Assembly: GCA_013265495.1 (NCBI GenBank) | Contig: MU058557.1 | Coordinates: 1-64,000, forward strand | Source of the DNA: Vicugna vicugna | Taxonomy: Eukaryota | Length of the DNA: 64,000 nucleotides | Direction of reading: 5' to 3' | In this document: piece by piece, positions 61,280-64,000 of the stretch | Layout of the letters: each line of letters begins with the position of its first letter | Numbering within the stretch: position 1 is the stretch's first letter | Notes under the pieces: model-generated | Databases searched by the model: none | Seen by the model: only the letters and a program-made list of their open reading frames with translations | What the model was told of the DNA's origin: nothing | Position numbers and translations under genes: made by a program

Positions 61280-61405
61280 GGGGAGGGGATAGCTCCAGTG
61301 GCAGAGTGCATGCTTAGCGTGCATGAGGTCCTGGGCTCAATCCCCAGTGCCTCCTCTGAAAAACAAATAAATAAACCTAATTACCTCCCCCCAAAAATAA
61401 AATAA
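61280..61405 (+). mobile_element. tRNA-derived SINE (Vic-1-like)
   Basis: A-box-like tagctccagtgg, B-box-like gggctcaatccc, A-rich tail, TSD-like aaataagt on both sides. Confidence 0.8.
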
Positions 61406-62941
61406 ATAAGTAGGGGAGAGGAGCCCCATCTCCTGCAGTGGCACCCCAGCAGTTCATACGGAGGCCCCTCAAGGAGGCAGAGGATAACTCCCCCTCCTCC
61501 CCCTCCAGTGCGGAATTGGCACGCACTCTGCGGGTGGTGCCTCCTGGAGTCCACCTGCAGTGACAGTGTCTGCCGAGCTGACTTGGGACGGGGAGCTGCC
61601 ACCCACGGGCTTCCGCGTCTCTGCCGGACTGGAGCCCCTCGTGTTCTCGCTGTCAAGCTGGGCTGTAGGTACGCGGGGGCTCTGCTCCCCACCGCGCCCT
61701 ACCCCATGTGCGTGCGCACACACGCTCGTGCCCTGTAATTTCCCTGGAACAGAGCCCCTTGTGGCCATCTCGCGTCGTTGCACGCCCTGCCAGACCCAGG
61801 TCCAGAGACGAGGCCTCGCCTCCAGCAGGTGGGGTTCTCCCGCAGAGCAAGATCTGAAACAGACTTGGACGTCAGCATGTGTGTGCGTGTGCGCGCGGCT
61901 GTGTGTGTACTCACATACGTACGTCCCAGCTCCGCCCACCTAGAGGTCATAGGAACAATGATACACATATGTGGGGAAGGGGTGTCAAACGGGGCCACTT
62001 GTGGGAACTGAGGAAGGAGACTAGGGGCCTTACAATGTTCCTGCAAGGTTTCTGTAGGATTCAGGCGATCTCAGTGTGGACAACGTGCACCAGTCTTCGA
62101 CCACAAGAGCATCTGGACTGTGGAAGGAGCCCGTTTGCAGAGGGTTCAAGGCAGCCCAGGTGGGGGCGGGGGATCTAGCCCCTTGCTGGGACAGGCTAGC
62201 CTGTGACCGCAGCCCACAATGGAGAACAGCCGAAGGACGCTGCGCCCAGCCTAGCCGTCCGGGGACGGTGGGAGAGGTCAGTAGCGTGGGGCATGGGAAG
62301 CCACCTGTGTCTCTCCCCTCCAGGCCACAACCAGTGAAGCGTCCACAACTAGCGAAGGTGCGTCTGCCCAACACGGGAGGACCCCGGAGATTCCCACACT
62401 CCTGCACATCTACAGGTGAGTCGGCAGGACCACAGAGGAGGCCGACCCCAGGGGGCAGGGGATGCAGCGCCTGAATCCCGTGGCGGCCGAGCCTGCTGCC
62501 CCAGAGGACCGGGTTGCAGCAAGGGAGGCGGAGCGCACGACGCCGGACCGCCGGCTGCATCCGCACCTGCAGTCACAGGTAAGCGGGCAGCAGCGGCAGC
62601 GGGGCCTGTGCCCCTGTCCCTCCAGCCGCTGGGGCGCCCCCACCGCGGCAGCAGAGCCCGCGAACCTTGCAGCAGCAGACAGGGAGGAGGGGCCAGCTCC
62701 ACCCTGCCCGCCTTCCCGGTCCCCCTGCGGCTCCTCTTGGGGTCGCGGATTCCAGGGAGGAAGCCACCATCCCCGCGCACTAGGTGGCGACGCCAGCGAC
62801 ACTGGCACCAAGGACTCTGAAGGCACAAGAAGCGAAGACGGGGGCACGCGCGACACGCGCACAGAGGCGGTGGAGGGTGCAAGGCGCCGAACCCCAAGCA
62901 CAACGGAGGAGCGCGGGACCGAGACCACAGCTTGTGTTATG

Positions 62942-62955
62942 GCGCCACCTGCTGG
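62942..62955 (-). promoter_or_regulatory. CTCF motif
   Basis: Minus strand CCAGCAGGTGGCGC; a weaker plus-strand match GCACTAGGTGGCGA lies at 62777-62790. Confidence 0.65.
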
Positions 62956-63189
62956 AGAGCGAAAGAAAGGGCCCCGATTTCTGCCTGTCCGCACGTGAAA
63001 GGCGCCCGGTGGAAGACAGCACCAGCGGGGGACCCGCTCATCAGCCACCGCCCAGAACCACAGCCACACAGAGACGCGGCGGCGGCGCTCCGGAAGCCGC
63101 AGGAAAGGCCGTGGAAGGCTGCAGCCTAATGGACAGACAAGTCAGATCCGCTGTCACAAAGACACGCGGCCAGCGACTCTCAGGAAGGC

Positions 63190-64000
63190 AGTTCAGTGGG
63201 CTCGGGAGTAAAATTGATGAACGGAGGAAAATCCTTACCAAAGAGATTGAAACCCCAGGAAAGAATCGAACAGGACTGCTGGAGCTGAAGAACCCAGTAA
63301 GCCAGACGAAGACCATGTGGAAGAGAGACTCAGCGAGCTCGCAGACAAACCGAGCAGTGACACCGGTAGAGGGGGAAAGAGAACTAGGACACTGAGCGAT
63401 GAAGAAAGTCCATGGGAACGACCTGACTCTGTGAAAGGCAATGTCAGGGCAGTGGGTGTCCCAGGAGGACAAGAGACAGAACGGGAGTGAGAACTTCCCA
63501 ACCCGGGGAAGGAGCCGGCACACAAACCCATGAAGGCAGGAGAACACCTGGTTACCACAATGTGAAAAGGCCTTGTCCGAGACACACTGTATCAGAAGTG
63601 TCAGAAGGCAACAGTTGGGGAGGGTGTAGCTCAGTGGTAGAGCGCGTGCCTCGCATGCACGAGGTCCTGGGTTCAATCCCCAGCACCTCCATTAAAAATA
63701 CATACATACATGCATGCATACATAGATGCATGCATGCATGCATACACCTATTTACCTCCGCCTCAAAAGCAAAAGTCAATGACGAAGAAGTTCAAAGGCA
63801 GCCAGGGAAAAGAACGGTCAACTGCAAAGGAACCCCCATTAAGCCATCAGAGGACTGCGCATCAGAAACCCTACAGGCCAAGAGGGAGTGGGAGGGAGTG
63901 GAACGACGTTCTCAAAATGCTGGAAGGTAAAAACTGTCACCCAATCATACTCCATCTGGCACAGCTCTCATTCAAATGTGAAGGAGAAATGAAGGATTTC
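63190..64000 (+). mobile_element. Degenerate LINE-1 ORF1 region interrupted by a SINE
   Basis: ctggagctgaagaac...aaaggaacccccattaagccatcag...cagaaaccctacaggcca.gagggagtgg. Confidence 0.65.
63617..63772 (+). mobile_element. tRNA(Ala)-derived SINE (Vic-1-like)
   Basis: ggggagggtgtagctcagtggtagagcgcgtgcctcgcatgcacgaggtcctgggttcaatccccagcacctcca followed by a (TACA/TGCA)n tail. Confidence 0.8.

Noticed and set aside
63617..63691. tRNA-Ala gene
   Set aside because: The tRNA-like head is followed by an A-rich SINE tail, interrupts an L1, and has two diverged copies nearby; called a SINE.

Overview
Eukaryotic (mammalian) DNA: the 3' end of a camelid immunoglobulin heavy-chain (IGH) locus on the + strand. 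The hinge [15 protein letters not shown] and tRNA-derived SINEs point to Lama/Vicugna. Order: I-gamma promoter and S-gamma; a heavy-chain-only gamma gene (IGHG2C / short-hinge 'IgG3') whose CH1 splice donor is inactivated (GT>AT at 6587); I-epsilon, S-epsilon and IGHE; I-alpha, S-alpha and IGHA; a 20-bp/58-bp tandem array; a compact 3' regulatory region (hs3, then hs1,2 inside a ~630-bp inverted repeat, then hs4); a ~4.5-kb CA-rich minisatellite with a 423-N gap; and a cluster of CTCF motifs. Most notable points: (1) a templated +8 frameshift in gamma CH3 that would truncate both secreted and membrane forms (null allele or assembly error); (2) an out-of-frame homologue of the primate long epsilon M1' (CemX) acceptor; (3) apparently identical palindrome arms around hs1,2, with an LTR-like insert beside the enhancer; (4) a minisatellite after hs4 carrying a perfect DR3 (AGGTCA-cac-AGGTCA) and a TACGTG motif in each 105-bp unit; (5) upstream-facing CTCF sites. 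Nearly all ORFs in the supplied track are spurious GC-rich or repeat ORFs. Repeat family names and comparisons with human/mouse elements are from memory of consensus sequences, not from a database search.
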